From: a virus
Lineage: Duplodnaviria; Caudoviricetes
Direction: 5' to 3' (one strand)
DNA length: 64,000 nt
IMG/VR virus record: IMGVR_UViG_3300022173_000041
Location: 1 to 64,000 of that record
The position numbers and the translations under genes are program-made. The notes beneath the pieces were generated by a model. It worked only from the letters and a program-made list of their open reading frames with translations. It did no database searches and was not told the origin of the DNA. Below, in pieces: positions 29,854-39,189 of the stretch. The number at the start of each line of letters is the position of its first letter. Position 1 is the first letter of the stretch.

Positions 29854-30914
29854 CCCCTTGTTCCAAATCCAATTGTTCTGAGTTGTATATTCTTGCCCTG
29901 ATTGAACAGCTCGGCAACGGTGTATTCGCGCTTCTCAATAGGGATCGGCAGCTTCGCTACCTTGGCAGCCGCTTGTGCCTCGGTCAGGTTCAATGGTCTG
30001 GTGTGCATGACGCCAAAGCACCTACCCGGTCGGATCAACGCATGATCCACGCGACCAAAGTCAGTGATATTGGTTGTGAACACCATCTTCTTGTTCGGTA
30101 GTTTAATCAGGCCGTCAGACACGTTCAAGAAGCGAGACATCAGCTTGTTCCCGTCCTTCTCTCGGTCAGACAAGATGGTGTCAGCGTCTTCGATGATCAT
30201 GATATCGCTATCGTCATCGAACAAGAAGTCCTGAAAGATGCTGTCCTTCTGCATCAGGCTCTCGTCATAGATCACATGCGCGGTCAGCTTATGGTCGCTG
30301 ATCAGATGCCGCAGCAACGTGGTCTTCCCAGTGCCGGGGGGGCCAGCAAGCATCAGCACAGCCTCGTCTGAGGCCATGAAGTCTGCCAGATACTTCCTTG
30401 GGTCCCCAAGGTCGGGGTAATACTCAGGATGGATATCTGTACGAAGCGGCGGCAGGTAGACATCCTTGCTGTCCAGCCCGTGCTTGCCAACGAACCACCA
30501 CTTCACAGAGCCAATCTTCTGGGCTTCGAAGTCCGCGCTGATCGCCTTCTTGAGGAACTCAGCAACGTCAGGCCGGGAGACAATATCGATCTTGATTTCC
30601 CAGACTTCCTTATGCTCCTCGGCATTTAGGAACATAATCACAGGGGCGCCAGTGATCTCACCACCGGTAAAGACCATCTCATATAGGTCAACGCGATGGC
30701 TAACGATGGATACGGCGCGCGGAGACCCAGCCAAGTGGGATTTAGTCCTAGAGATAATATCAGCGATGGACATGGTTTTAGCGATAACGACTTCAATCTT
30801 AGCGTTGAAGAGATCGCCCGGGGTTTCAGCAATGAACTGTGTAGTAAGCTGATGGTTAAGACTGGTATCGACCGCAGACATATGCTGCATGTCGAAGAAA
30901 TTCTTGCCTGACAT
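29850..30914 (-). CDS. AAA+ ATPase (classical clade, BCS1-like core)
   Basis: Walker A GPPGTGKT, Walker B IIEDAD, FLNVSDG, TTN, ALIRPGRC; start placed after the genome-typical RBS AAGAGGGAAA. Confidence 0.85.
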   Translation of the reverse strand: MSGKNFFDMQHMSAVDTSLNHQLTTQFIAETPGDLFNAKIEVVIAKTMSIADIISRTKSHLAGSPRAVSIVSHRVDLYEMVFTGGEITGAPVIMFLNAEEHKEVWEIKIDIVSRPDVAEFLKKAISADFEAQKIGSVKWWFVGKHGLDSKDVYLPPLRTDIHPEYYPDLGDPRKYLADFMASDEAVLMLAGPPGTGKTTLLRHLISDHKLTAHVIYDESLMQKDSIFQDFLFDDDSDIMIIEDADTILSDREKDGNKLMSRFLNVSDGLIKLPNKKMVFTTNITDFGRVDHALIRPGRCFGVMHTRPLNLTEAQAAAKVAKLPIPIEKREYTVAELFNQGKNIQLRTIGFGTRG

Positions 30915-31012
30915 TTTCCCTCTTACGTATTTTAGAGAATGCCAACGATCCCTGTAACGCCCCTTAGGACGTATCGTGGCTGGATCAATATTGTACTCTT
31001 CCCCAAGAAGCT

Positions 31013-31369
31013 CTATTGCCTCTTCTTGACTTCCCCGTTCATCATCTTCTTCCATCCTGAAGCCTTTGATCCCGGGAACGGTTTCTTTGCTTTAGCGATA
31101 CCGTATGTCTTTTTTAAGACCCGATCAGCTTTCTGCATTCGAGGGTTATCTTCGGTGAAGGTCTTCTTGTTGTGGCAAATCTTTATACAAAGCACCTTGC
31201 AGTTCTCAAGCGTGTTATCCCCGCCAAGACCGTCAGGTGTGTCGTGATCGTAATGGATGTTCCCAGCGGTAAGCTCTATCCCGCAACCTTCACAGTGCGG
31301 GATACCCTTCTCGTTGCAGCAGCGCTTGAAGGCTAAGAACTTAACCCTTTTGGGGAATTCTTTCCGCAT
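31013..31369 (-). CDS. HNH endonuclease
   Basis: CEGCG...YDHD...GGDNTLENCKVLCIKICHNKKT. Confidence 0.85.
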   Translation of the reverse strand: MRKEFPKRVKFLAFKRCCNEKGIPHCEGCGIELTAGNIHYDHDTPDGLGGDNTLENCKVLCIKICHNKKTFTEDNPRMQKADRVLKKTYGIAKAKKPFPGSKASGWKKMMNGEVKKRQ

Positions 31370-31532
31370 CGCGATACACCGGCACCGTTTCTAGAAAGAA
31401 CTCCTTAGAGCTTTGAGAAAAAACAAGAAGGTCCATATCCTCACTAGCTCTACCAATGTCGGTATACGCGCGGATCACCCCGCAAGATGAACCGTCGCCT
31501 TCTTTCCACCAAAGGACATGAACATCTTCCAT
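31341..31532 (-). CDS. Hypothetical protein
   Basis: In-operon ORF. Confidence 0.5.
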   Translation of the reverse strand: MEDVHVLWWKEGDGSSCGVIRAYTDIGRASEDMDLLVFSQSSKEFFLETVPVYRDAERIPQKG

Positions 31533-31533
31533 G

Positions 31534-31848
31534 TCACTTCTTCCAGAATTTGCTGCGCTTCGTGTACTTGCGCTTCTTCTTGGCGCCAGTCTTTGCTGGT
31601 TTCGCTACAGAGCTAAACGGCTTCGCAGCAATCTTCTTGACGGGCTCCTCAGTCTTCAGGCCAGTCTCAATGAACGAACAAATCCGGTCGGTTTCTTCCA
31701 AAAGCGGACTGCCAAGAACGTGCCCGCTTCTGATCAAGTCGGTGATTACCTGATGACGATAGGATCGCTGAGTGCCAGCAAGTTTGTTTTGAAGTTCATC
31801 GATCTGGCTAAACAGCTCATCGATGAGATTTTGATTTTGTCCGCTCAT
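31534..31848 (-). CDS. Hypothetical protein with basic tail
   Basis: In-operon ORF; KKKRKYTKRSKFW. Confidence 0.6.
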   Translation of the reverse strand: MSGQNQNLIDELFSQIDELQNKLAGTQRSYRHQVITDLIRSGHVLGSPLLEETDRICSFIETGLKTEEPVKKIAAKPFSSVAKPAKTGAKKKRKYTKRSKFWKK

Positions 31849-32174
31849 AACCTACTCTCCGCTCTGTGTGTTGCCTCTATGGATTGCTGCTCGGAATGTC
31901 TCATTCGAAGGTATTCCATTTCCACCTTGAACCTGTTGGCTTGGCGCCGGGCCTCAACCATACTGGTTACGTGGGTCTTCCATTGTGGCGAAGACTTAAC
32001 CAAAACTTCAGCGCGATTTACAGCAAGCCTCATGTTGTCGCTGAGAAGCGCACTGGTCATCTCAGCGAATACGGCGCTCTTGGTCTCTTCCAGTATCGAA
32101 GCAGCCGCGTCAGCGTCAACCCACTGGTTGGCGGCAACGCGGTACTGTTCGGATATGGGGCGGTTGTCTATCAA
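31845..32174 (-). CDS. Conserved helical phage protein
   Basis: RPISEQYRVAANQWVDADAAASILEETKSA. Confidence 0.65.
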   Translation of the reverse strand: MIDNRPISEQYRVAANQWVDADAAASILEETKSAVFAEMTSALLSDNMRLAVNRAEVLVKSSPQWKTHVTSMVEARRQANRFKVEMEYLRMRHSEQQSIEATHRAESRL

Positions 32175-32635
32175 CCCTTGTTCGCCAAATATTTGTCGAT
32201 CTGGTCGGCAACCATATCAGGTGTTATCGCGCTATGGTTTGCTTGACGGGTAGTCTTCTTCCACCAGAGATACCCATTGGTAATCTCAGTGGTTGGCTGC
32301 CATTTACCATGGCCCATAAAGATGTTTTGAGCTTCACTGTAAGGCATTGCAAAAGTTTGCGCCATAAATGAGGCTCCATTGTCTTGATTGGCTACCGGTA
32401 CTTCATCCCAGAGCTTTCTGGCAAGCCCCATCGCGCAGTGTTTGCAATCCCCGTAGTCCCAAACAAAGCCTTTCGGCCAAAACTCAGGGTGCCTCAGGGC
32501 ATAAGAAAGAGCCCGCAAGGATGGCTTGGAAGCCGCATCCAAAAAGTTCGTGTTGGAAGCCTCTTCTGGAGTGGTCTTTGCAGCAAGCTCATTGGCTTCC
32601 CGCAACATCTTATCGATAGTGTCCTGATTACTCAT
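32171..32635 (-). CDS. Hypothetical protein
   Basis: FVWDYGDCKHCAMGLA; overlapping stop/start. Confidence 0.65.
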   Translation of the reverse strand: MSNQDTIDKMLREANELAAKTTPEEASNTNFLDAASKPSLRALSYALRHPEFWPKGFVWDYGDCKHCAMGLARKLWDEVPVANQDNGASFMAQTFAMPYSEAQNIFMGHGKWQPTTEITNGYLWWKKTTRQANHSAITPDMVADQIDKYLANKG

Positions 32636-32650
32636 GGTGTTCCCTCTTGG

Positions 32651-32938
32651 TCAAAACGGAATGTCGTCGTCCATATCCGCGTTGGGCTTTGGTTGAGGTA
32701 CATTTGGGGTCGGACGCTTGAATTTGCTAGCCCCACCCCCACCACCACCGCCATCTATTTTCTCTTGGCCGCGCTTATCCTCTGAGATTTGTAGATATTG
32801 GTTTCCTGCGGCAGAAGTCTTCTCCCAGATCGAGATAGCGGTCTTGACGCCATCGATCTCAATCACGCCAGAATAGACAGGCCCATTCTGAGCTGTCTTT
32901 GCGAATAGCGCTCCGCTTACGCGATAGTTACCCGGCAT
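32651..32938 (-). CDS. Single-stranded DNA-binding protein-like
   Basis: OB-like short core plus acidic DMDDDIPF tail, next to ERF. Confidence 0.7.
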   Translation of the reverse strand: MPGNYRVSGALFAKTAQNGPVYSGVIEIDGVKTAISIWEKTSAAGNQYLQISEDKRGQEKIDGGGGGGGASKFKRPTPNVPQPKPNADMDDDIPF

Positions 32939-33776
32939 TTACATTCTCCAGTTTCGGCAACTCGTTGATGGCCTTTGTCATTGAGGCATTGAGATTGGAC
33001 GAAATCTTCGGCGCCGCCTTTTGCAACTCATCAAGAGCTAGCGCGTTCTTTCGAACCCACTCCCGCCCGATAGCATCGTTCTTGCTCGCCTTTACATAGG
33101 CGATGAGGATTTTACCGAAATCCACCCAGTCGCTACCGGTACCGTCTGCCGTCAGGTTCACAGGAACCTGATATGGAGCAATATCCTTAACCTGCGCCGA
33201 TGGCTGGACATTGGTGGTGATGACATCGGGCTTTGGAGATACTGGCTTGCGGTCAACTGCCTGTTCCACCGCATTCCCGTCAGCGACATTGGCGTCATCG
33301 TCTTCCTCGGCTGCGATACCCAAGAGGCTCGTCAGCGAGTACCGCCGCATGAAGGTCAGCGCAGACCCGAATTGCTGGTTGCTACCGCCTTCCACGATCA
33401 GCGGCACCTGACAGGCCAGCCACTGCCCTGAGGAGTGCATCAGGCGCGTATCCAGAATGTACGTCCCCTGATCGTCCTTCATGATCTGAGTGAACCAGAG
33501 GCCATTGCTGGTAAGCGGACCACGGATGATATCGATGATGTGATCCAGCGTAGCGTATTTGAAGGAATACGAAGTCTTGCTTTGGTCGCGCGGCGATACC
33601 TTGACGGTACGATTGCGCTCTGGCGCCTTGATCTCTGACTGGGCCATAGCGAGTGCGGAGACCAACTCAGCGATCTCTTCGCTTCGAGTTGTATCAGTCC
33701 AGCGGGGTGATACGGATTGATCCATTTTTGGCTCGCTTGATTTGTAAGAAGTGTCCGTAGATGCGTCTTGCGTCAT
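32928..33776 (-). CDS. erf: ERF-family ssDNA annealing protein
   Basis: KYATLDHII...GSALTFMRRYSLTSLLGIAAEEDDDAN; start may be at 33725. Confidence 0.85.
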   Translation of the reverse strand: MTQDASTDTSYKSSEPKMDQSVSPRWTDTTRSEEIAELVSALAMAQSEIKAPERNRTVKVSPRDQSKTSYSFKYATLDHIIDIIRGPLTSNGLWFTQIMKDDQGTYILDTRLMHSSGQWLACQVPLIVEGGSNQQFGSALTFMRRYSLTSLLGIAAEEDDDANVADGNAVEQAVDRKPVSPKPDVITTNVQPSAQVKDIAPYQVPVNLTADGTGSDWVDFGKILIAYVKASKNDAIGREWVRKNALALDELQKAAPKISSNLNASMTKAINELPKLENVNAG

Positions 33777-34494
33777 GTGGCATCATTTCCTTTAGGGCAG
33801 CCTGTGCTTCATCGAAGTCCTTGGCTCCCTTCTTGTTGGCAATCCATTGTGACGCCATTGCGGCGTAATGGTTGTTTCCTGAGAAGTTTACCTCAATCAT
33901 TTTGTCATGAGGTAGGTACACTGGCGCCGGTTCTATCACAACGGGCTCAGTCATATCCCAGACGTGGGTCATGAACCTGTTGGCTCTGGCCATCAGCTCG
34001 TCTGCGTAGTCTCTGTTGTAGTTGATGTATTCGATGTATGGTTCGGCGGCGCCAGCAATAATGGAGATGGCGCACTGCTTTGTTGCGGTGCATTCCATTT
34101 GCCAATGCATCTGCGGCATATAGCGCTGAATGATTGTATCAGTCTTCTCCCATCCACCAACGTGCTTAGTCTCCACAGGACACGCCAGCACATTATCGAA
34201 GCCATCAAGAGTAGCAGCGGCCCACCCATAATCAGGATGAACCACAACTGCCCCTCGGTTAACGAGTATGTTACCTGTCTTCTTCTCGTACCAGTCAAGG
34301 TTTAGTTGCTCCGTGGTTTCGCCAAGACGCACAGGCCAATTGTCTGAGAAGTCTGGCTCGACATAATCAGGACTACCAATCATCTCGCGCCAGAGATTGA
34401 GAATGCGATCCTTGTCGCCACTGACCAATGAGCCAATGGCGCTTGCGGTTAGCTTCCCTTCTCTGGCGGTCTTTTGTTCAGGAGTAAGAGCCAC
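33694..34494 (-). CDS. YqaJ/lambda-exonuclease-like recombinase nuclease
   Basis: REGKLTASAI...AATLDG...VETKH...YMPQMHWQM. Confidence 0.85.
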   Translation of the reverse strand: MALTPEQKTAREGKLTASAIGSLVSGDKDRILNLWREMIGSPDYVEPDFSDNWPVRLGETTEQLNLDWYEKKTGNILVNRGAVVVHPDYGWAAATLDGFDNVLACPVETKHVGGWEKTDTIIQRYMPQMHWQMECTATKQCAISIIAGAAEPYIEYINYNRDYADELMARANRFMTHVWDMTEPVVIEPAPVYLPHDKMIEVNFSGNNHYAAMASQWIANKKGAKDFDEAQAALKEMMPHDARRIYGHFLQIKRAKNGSIRITPLD

Positions 34495-34690
34495 GGAGTT
34501 TCTTCACCTTGTCCAAGATGTTGTTGGCGAACTGTTCGGCGCCTTCTGCATTCATCCCAACCCAAGCGACCTTCTCACCAAAGTGGATGATCACATTGCC
34601 CTGATCAATGCCTACAGCAATGACCAAAGCCCCCTCATCGTGTTCGCTGATCTTCCCCTCGGGGAAAGTCCCCGTCTTTCCAATCTTCAT
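34478..34690 (-). CDS. Conserved phage hypothetical protein
   Basis: FPEGKISEHDEGAL...FGEKVAWVGM. Confidence 0.65.
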   Translation of the reverse strand: MKIGKTGTFPEGKISEHDEGALVIAVGIDQGNVIIHFGEKVAWVGMNAEGAEQFANNILDKVKKLRGSYS

Positions 34691-35169
34691 GATCCCCTCT
34701 CCATTGCAAGCTTTGGTAGCTTAAAGTCTTTCTTTTCTCGGTCCCTCACTTTTATGTCCAAGGCATACCAGAACAGAATATCTGATATGTCGCCCATGAT
34801 CCTGAGGTAGCTAGTAACGTCCTTCAATACGGTAACGTGAACCATAAAAAAGAACACGGCCATCGTGACAAAAACGGCACGAAAGGTAGGTATCGCTGGC
34901 TGCGCGAGAACGAACTTGTTGAACACCTCAGGACCAATTGACTGAAGGTAGTATCTCATCCCGGCTATGATAATCAGCAGCAACATAACAAAAGCTGCTG
35001 GCCACATATTTCCTTGCTGGATCAGGAACGTGATACTCCAGAGACCATTCAGGAATATCAGTGTCCCAACGTAGACGCCAGTCCAGTCGAACGCCCAAAG
35101 ATACAGATCATTCAGGCGCGCGACTAGATAGTCATCCAGCTTTCTGTAAAGCTCGAAGGGGCTTTTCAT
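34687..35169 (-). CDS. Multi-pass membrane protein
   Basis: Several hydrophobic segments. Confidence 0.6.
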   Translation of the reverse strand: MKSPFELYRKLDDYLVARLNDLYLWAFDWTGVYVGTLIFLNGLWSITFLIQQGNMWPAAFVMLLLIIIAGMRYYLQSIGPEVFNKFVLAQPAIPTFRAVFVTMAVFFFMVHVTVLKDVTSYLRIMGDISDILFWYALDIKVRDREKKDFKLPKLAMERGS

Positions 35170-35172
35170 GCA

Positions 35173-36300
35173 TCACCCGGTCTTCTTCAGGGCAGCCCTT
35201 TGAGCCTTGCCACGCGCAATGTTGTGCTTGATGATCAGCTCTGACTTGGTGGGCATCTTCCTCGGTTCCAACCGATGAATTTTCTGACCCTTGTCCATGT
35301 GGTCAACTATCAGCCTATACAGCAAGTCTCTTGCGCTTCCACCAGACGCCGCAAGCTTCTGGATGTTCGGATCATTGATGGCGAACGTCTTGAGCTTCTG
35401 GCGCGATCTGGCGTCCACGACCAGCCGCTTACCATCCCAGAAGTTCTCATGGGAGACAAACAGGCGGGCGAGACTTTCGAGGAAGTTGCCGCGAAGATGC
35501 GTGGTCATATCCACGTACTTGACGCCCTTGATACCCCAGATTTCATCCATCACTTCGAAGAAGCGATAGGTGTTGTCGCGCATGGTCTGGATACCGATTT
35601 CTTCAGCCGTGCGCTGAAGGACGCCGGGCACACCAGCAACACCACCGCTATGGGCTGAACCCCGGTTGAGCATGATCGCTGCCTTGCAATAGACAAGCGC
35701 CGTCATCAGTTCGTTGCGGCTCATCTTCTGGTTCCAGCTCACGCGATTATACAGCGCGAAACTGGGATCGTTGTGGGTCAGTCCGTACAGGGTGAGCAGA
35801 CCGTTGCTTTCCTCGCGAGCGTTTCGCAGGATCACATTGGGAGACATGGCTGTGCGGTTAAGGTTCATGGCGGTAAACAACAGCTTCTCGCTTTCGCGAT
35901 CAGTGTTGAAGCGAACCTCGGCGCCAAGGCGGATTGACGCGGCACGTTCCGGGTTCTCTACCGCGAACTTCCGAAAGTGGCTGACGCGCTGAAGGCCGTC
36001 AATGATGTAAACATCATCTTCCAGATGGAAGGAACCGCCGCGCGTAGTGAAGTGCTGTCCACGCATACCAAGCATAATGTCTGGAATGCGCTCATTCTGT
36101 TCGATGGCGGCATAGAGTTTGGACTTTCGACCACGCCCGTGAATATCCAGAACTTCGCGCTGATAGTCGCCAACGCGCAATTCCAGAAGTGCAGGCAGAT
36201 CAAGCCAGCCGTGTGCAACGATTGATCCGTCCGCACTCTTTTCATCCAGAGTAGCGTTCTGAAGGCGAACGGAAATGATATCCCTATCAGGCTTAACCAT
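35173..36300 (-). CDS. ParB/Srx-superfamily (DGQHR/DndB-like) protein
   Basis: DYQRE...IPDIMLG...YIIDGLQR...EKLLFTAMN. Confidence 0.65.
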   Translation of the reverse strand: MVKPDRDIISVRLQNATLDEKSADGSIVAHGWLDLPALLELRVGDYQREVLDIHGRGRKSKLYAAIEQNERIPDIMLGMRGQHFTTRGGSFHLEDDVYIIDGLQRVSHFRKFAVENPERAASIRLGAEVRFNTDRESEKLLFTAMNLNRTAMSPNVILRNAREESNGLLTLYGLTHNDPSFALYNRVSWNQKMSRNELMTALVYCKAAIMLNRGSAHSGGVAGVPGVLQRTAEEIGIQTMRDNTYRFFEVMDEIWGIKGVKYVDMTTHLRGNFLESLARLFVSHENFWDGKRLVVDARSRQKLKTFAINDPNIQKLAASGGSARDLLYRLIVDHMDKGQKIHRLEPRKMPTKSELIIKHNIARGKAQRAALKKTG

Positions 36301-36428
36301 AGTATTTCCCTCTTGTTAGATTGTAGCGGTGGAGAAGGATGGGTACGACCCATCTATGGCGCCATCCTCGGTTATGGCACGGCTGTTATCCCAAGCGGCT
36401 CCCCCCGCTTCGGCTTCCCCGTAAATGA

Positions 36429-36863
36429 TTACTCCATAGTGAATTCGCGAACGCCTTCGATGATGTGGTACGGAGAACGCTTCTTGGCGGGACCCGGCTT
36501 AACTTTCTTCTTGGCAATTGACTTGCTCTGCGACTTTCCACTTGCCCGATGGGAAGGCTGCATTGGAGCAAGAACGTAAACGCCCGGGAGAAAATTCGCG
36601 CCGCGATCAAAGGCGACGACTTCAAGTCGCATAGATGGAGGAGTGTGATAACGAAACCACTTTGCGCCAACTTTCAGATAGGTGCGGCTCTTAAAAACAC
36701 GAACTGAAGTACACTTTGGTACTTGTCGCAAACAGGCTCGCGCAGCAGCACAACTGGAAGGGTCTTTAGTTTTTCCGCCAGAGATATCCTGACGGCTGAC
36801 TTCGATCACAAGGCGAGACTTAGCGTCATGAACCGGCATTCCGTCGATCTTCAAATTCCGCAT
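36429..36863 (-). CDS. Hypothetical protein
   Basis: RBS GAGGGAA; CAAARAC motif. Confidence 0.65.
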   Translation of the reverse strand: MRNLKIDGMPVHDAKSRLVIEVSRQDISGGKTKDPSSCAAARACLRQVPKCTSVRVFKSRTYLKVGAKWFRYHTPPSMRLEVVAFDRGANFLPGVYVLAPMQPSHRASGKSQSKSIAKKKVKPGPAKKRSPYHIIEGVREFTME

Positions 36864-36895
36864 TTTGAGTTCCCTCAATTGGGTTTCGATATCCT

Positions 36896-36937
36896 CAGAT
36901 ACATACTGGGTATCTGACTGTCAAGCACAATCTGTGT
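36896..36937. promoter_or_regulatory. Two operator-like sites, A[CT]ACA-N3-TG[TG]GT family
   Basis: CAGATACATACTGGGTATCTG (36896-36916) and GCACAATCTGTGT (36925-36937); TTGACA on the minus strand between them. Confidence 0.55.
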
Positions 36938-36961
36938 GTTTACTATTATGGGACACGATGT

Positions 36962-37174
36962 TTACTTTTCTGGGCCATGTCCAAGTAACATTGCGACGAC
37001 GCTTTCGGCCCATAGGTTCTCACCACCGCGAGACCTTAGCCAGAACATCAGGCTTGGCCGGTCAAGATCAGCAATGTCCACACTATCCCACTTACCATCG
37101 GAGTTGATGGCTCGGACATAAATCCCAGTCTCCATCGCCCCGACGCGATCACCCACCTTCAGATCATCACTCAT
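36962..37174 (-). CDS. Hypothetical protein
   Basis: RBS AAGGGGAAAA. Confidence 0.6.
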   Translation of the reverse strand: MSDDLKVGDRVGAMETGIYVRAINSDGKWDSVDIADLDRPSLMFWLRSRGGENLWAESVVAMLLGHGPEK

Positions 37175-37201
37175 GGTTTTTCCCCTTGTGGTCCTTGCCA
37201 A

Positions 37202-37218
37202 TATACATTATGGGTATA
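37202..37218. promoter_or_regulatory. Operator-like site in the divergent promoter
   Basis: TATACATTATGGGTATA between divergent genes. Confidence 0.55.
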
Positions 37219-37219
37219 G

Positions 37220-37441
37220 ATGCAATCTGCAAGGAGGCTGCTAGTGCTTTTACGTGAATGGATGGATCAGAAGAACGTAGACGTTCTTGCTCTAGCTGGC
37301 GCCCTAGGCGTTTCGCCGCATACGGTCAAAAAGTGGCTTAGATGTGGCCAAAAAGACGGAAGAACCCCAAGACCAGTGATGCAATCCAAGATAAGAGAAT
37401 ACACTGGAGGGGAAGTAATGCCAAATGATTGGGTAGCCTAG
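37220..37441 (+). CDS. Cro-like HTH regulator
   Basis: VLALAGALGVSPHTVKKWL...PRP...KIREYTGGEVMPNDW. Confidence 0.75.
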   Translation: MQSARRLLVLLREWMDQKNVDVLALAGALGVSPHTVKKWLRCGQKDGRTPRPVMQSKIREYTGGEVMPNDWVA

Positions 37442-37442
37442 A

Positions 37443-37985
37443 ATGTCAGACGTGGAAGTTGGCTTAGTTCCGAAGGTTAAGAGGATCGGTAACTACAAGA
37501 GAATTCAACCAGACAGTCCGTGGGATGAAGGAAGCATGGAGCTTCTTACTAGATGGTGGGAGCTTGGTAGGACCGCTAAGGAGATAACCGACAAGCTAGT
37601 AGAGTTGGGGTATTCTATTACCCGTAACGCCGTTATTGGTAAGGCGAATAGGATGAACATCAAGCAGCCGCCTCGGGACTTTTCCCCGAAGGACAAAAAG
37701 AACAAACCCCGGAAGCGGATCATTGTCCCCGCCACGGACCCGCGCGCCAAGATTTGGGGCAGGAAGAAGACTGTTCTCCCGACGTTCATTGAGACCAAGA
37801 AGCTTGATCCCAATAACCCGGGCATTCCGATCACGGAGCTGACTGACGGGAAGTGCAAGGCCATCGTTCGGGACGGCACGTTCAATTCGCTTGCTACATA
37901 TTGTGGTGAGCCGGTTGACCGACGCTCGTTCTGTGCTGGCCATGCTGAGATTTACTACCAGCCGCCAATGCTACGGCGCCGGTAA
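37443..37985 (+). CDS. gcrA: GcrA cell-cycle regulator homolog
   Basis: WDEGSMELLTRWWELG...ITRNAVIGKANRM; ITELTDGKCK...YCG...FCAGHAEIYYQP. Confidence 0.85.
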   Translation: MSDVEVGLVPKVKRIGNYKRIQPDSPWDEGSMELLTRWWELGRTAKEITDKLVELGYSITRNAVIGKANRMNIKQPPRDFSPKDKKNKPRKRIIVPATDPRAKIWGRKKTVLPTFIETKKLDPNNPGIPITELTDGKCKAIVRDGTFNSLATYCGEPVDRRSFCAGHAEIYYQPPMLRRR

Positions 37986-38152
37986 TGAAACTGATCAGAG
38001 TTGTTGCACCGCACTTCGTCGCTGGTTTTGAGAGTGACGGCACCATCAAACGCGCGGCTCCTATCATGAGCTATATGGTTGGATGGTCGGACGACAAAGC
38101 CCGCGAGTACATCCTTTCAAAAGGATGGAAAGCCAGTGTTATAGAGAATTAA
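37985..38152 (+). CDS. Small conserved phage protein (55 aa, not in ORF track)
   Basis: MKLIRVVAPHFVAGFESDGTIKRAAPIMSYMVGW...KGWK; TAATG overlap. Confidence 0.6.
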   Translation: MKLIRVVAPHFVAGFESDGTIKRAAPIMSYMVGWSDDKAREYILSKGWKASVIEN

Positions 38153-38308
38153 CGAGGCAGACGAACTGGCACGTCGTTCACGGTGAGACCTTAACCCTCC
38201 TAGGTGAGAGCTTAGGAGGAAGGGCCTACACCATGTCAGTGACAACTCGGGAGAGACCGGGAGAACCCGGCTGGAGGGCCTAACTCACTCCCCTCAAAGC
38301 CGGGAACT

Positions 38309-38396
38309 GGAAGGGTGGCAGAGCGGCTTATCGCAGCGGTCCTGAAAACCGAAGTGGGGCAACCCACCGGGGGTTCAAATCCCTCCCCTTCCGCCA
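38309..38396 (+). tRNA. tRNA-Ser(UGA), CCA encoded
   Basis: GGAAGGG/CCCTTCC acceptor stem, anticodon loop CCTGAAA, long variable arm GTGGGGCAACCCAC, T-loop GGTTCAAATCC, 3' GCCA. Confidence 0.9.
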
Positions 38397-38397
38397 A

Positions 38398-38604
38398 TTA
38401 CTTCCAGTGTGGAAACGCCGTGGCTGGCAAGAACCCAGTCAGTATCTGGATGAGCCATAAGCACACGATCACGATCAGGATCACCTTGACCACGGTCATG
38501 AAGGGCTCTGGGATGGGCAAGACACCCAAGATGGTAGTCACAGCCCAATAGAGAAGCCCGCAGACAAGTATCGCAATCAGTAGGGAAATTAGCGAACTGG
38601 CCAT
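38398..38604 (-). CDS. Two-TM small membrane protein
   Basis: LISLLIAILVCGLLYWAV...LPIPEPFMTVVKVILIVIVCLWLIQIL. Confidence 0.7.
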   Translation of the reverse strand: MASSLISLLIAILVCGLLYWAVTTILGVLPIPEPFMTVVKVILIVIVCLWLIQILTGFLPATAFPHWK

Positions 38605-38638
38605 TCCAAAACCCTCCATTGGATATATGTTAAGGGGC

Positions 38639-39043
38639 ATGGCACCAAGAAGTTCCATTACCCTAGACCTACCCTTACCACCAAGCGTGAACCGTTTGTG
38701 GAAAATCGGCAAGAACAGAGCGACCGGCAAAAGCCAGATGTATCGCTCTCCAGAGTACGTGGAGTGGGTTCTGGAGGCCGGGCTGGAGATTATGGCCCAG
38801 AAGCCAAAACTCACCACGAAGGCTCTCAGCGGCTCCTACAGCATGATTATCAAGATGGCGCCCAGAAGTAGCTTGGCAGACGCTGATAACTTCCTGAAGG
38901 CCATCTCTGATCTGTTGCAAAAGCACAACATCATCGAAAACGACAAGCTTTGCAGAAAGCTTCTTGTGGTTTGGGACGAGAAGCTACCGGTAGCGTGCCG
39001 GGTAACGGTGAGGTCTACATCTAGCAGCTTGACGATTGCATGA
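38639..39043 (+). CDS. rusA: RusA-like Holliday junction resolvase
   Basis: LPLPPSVNRLW...DADNFLKAISDLL...IENDK. Confidence 0.85.
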   Translation: MAPRSSITLDLPLPPSVNRLWKIGKNRATGKSQMYRSPEYVEWVLEAGLEIMAQKPKLTTKALSGSYSMIIKMAPRSSLADADNFLKAISDLLQKHNIIENDKLCRKLLVVWDEKLPVACRVTVRSTSSSLTIA

Positions 39044-39189
39044 CAGCCATGCAGAAATGAAGAGGCCCCAGCGCGAGAGGGAACACACGCTGGGGCCAGA
39101 AACACGTCGCTAACTCTTGGAAGGCAGCGCCATGCTTGATTTCCAATATACATACGGTCTTTTCGTTCCGCAAGCCATGCGTGAATTGC

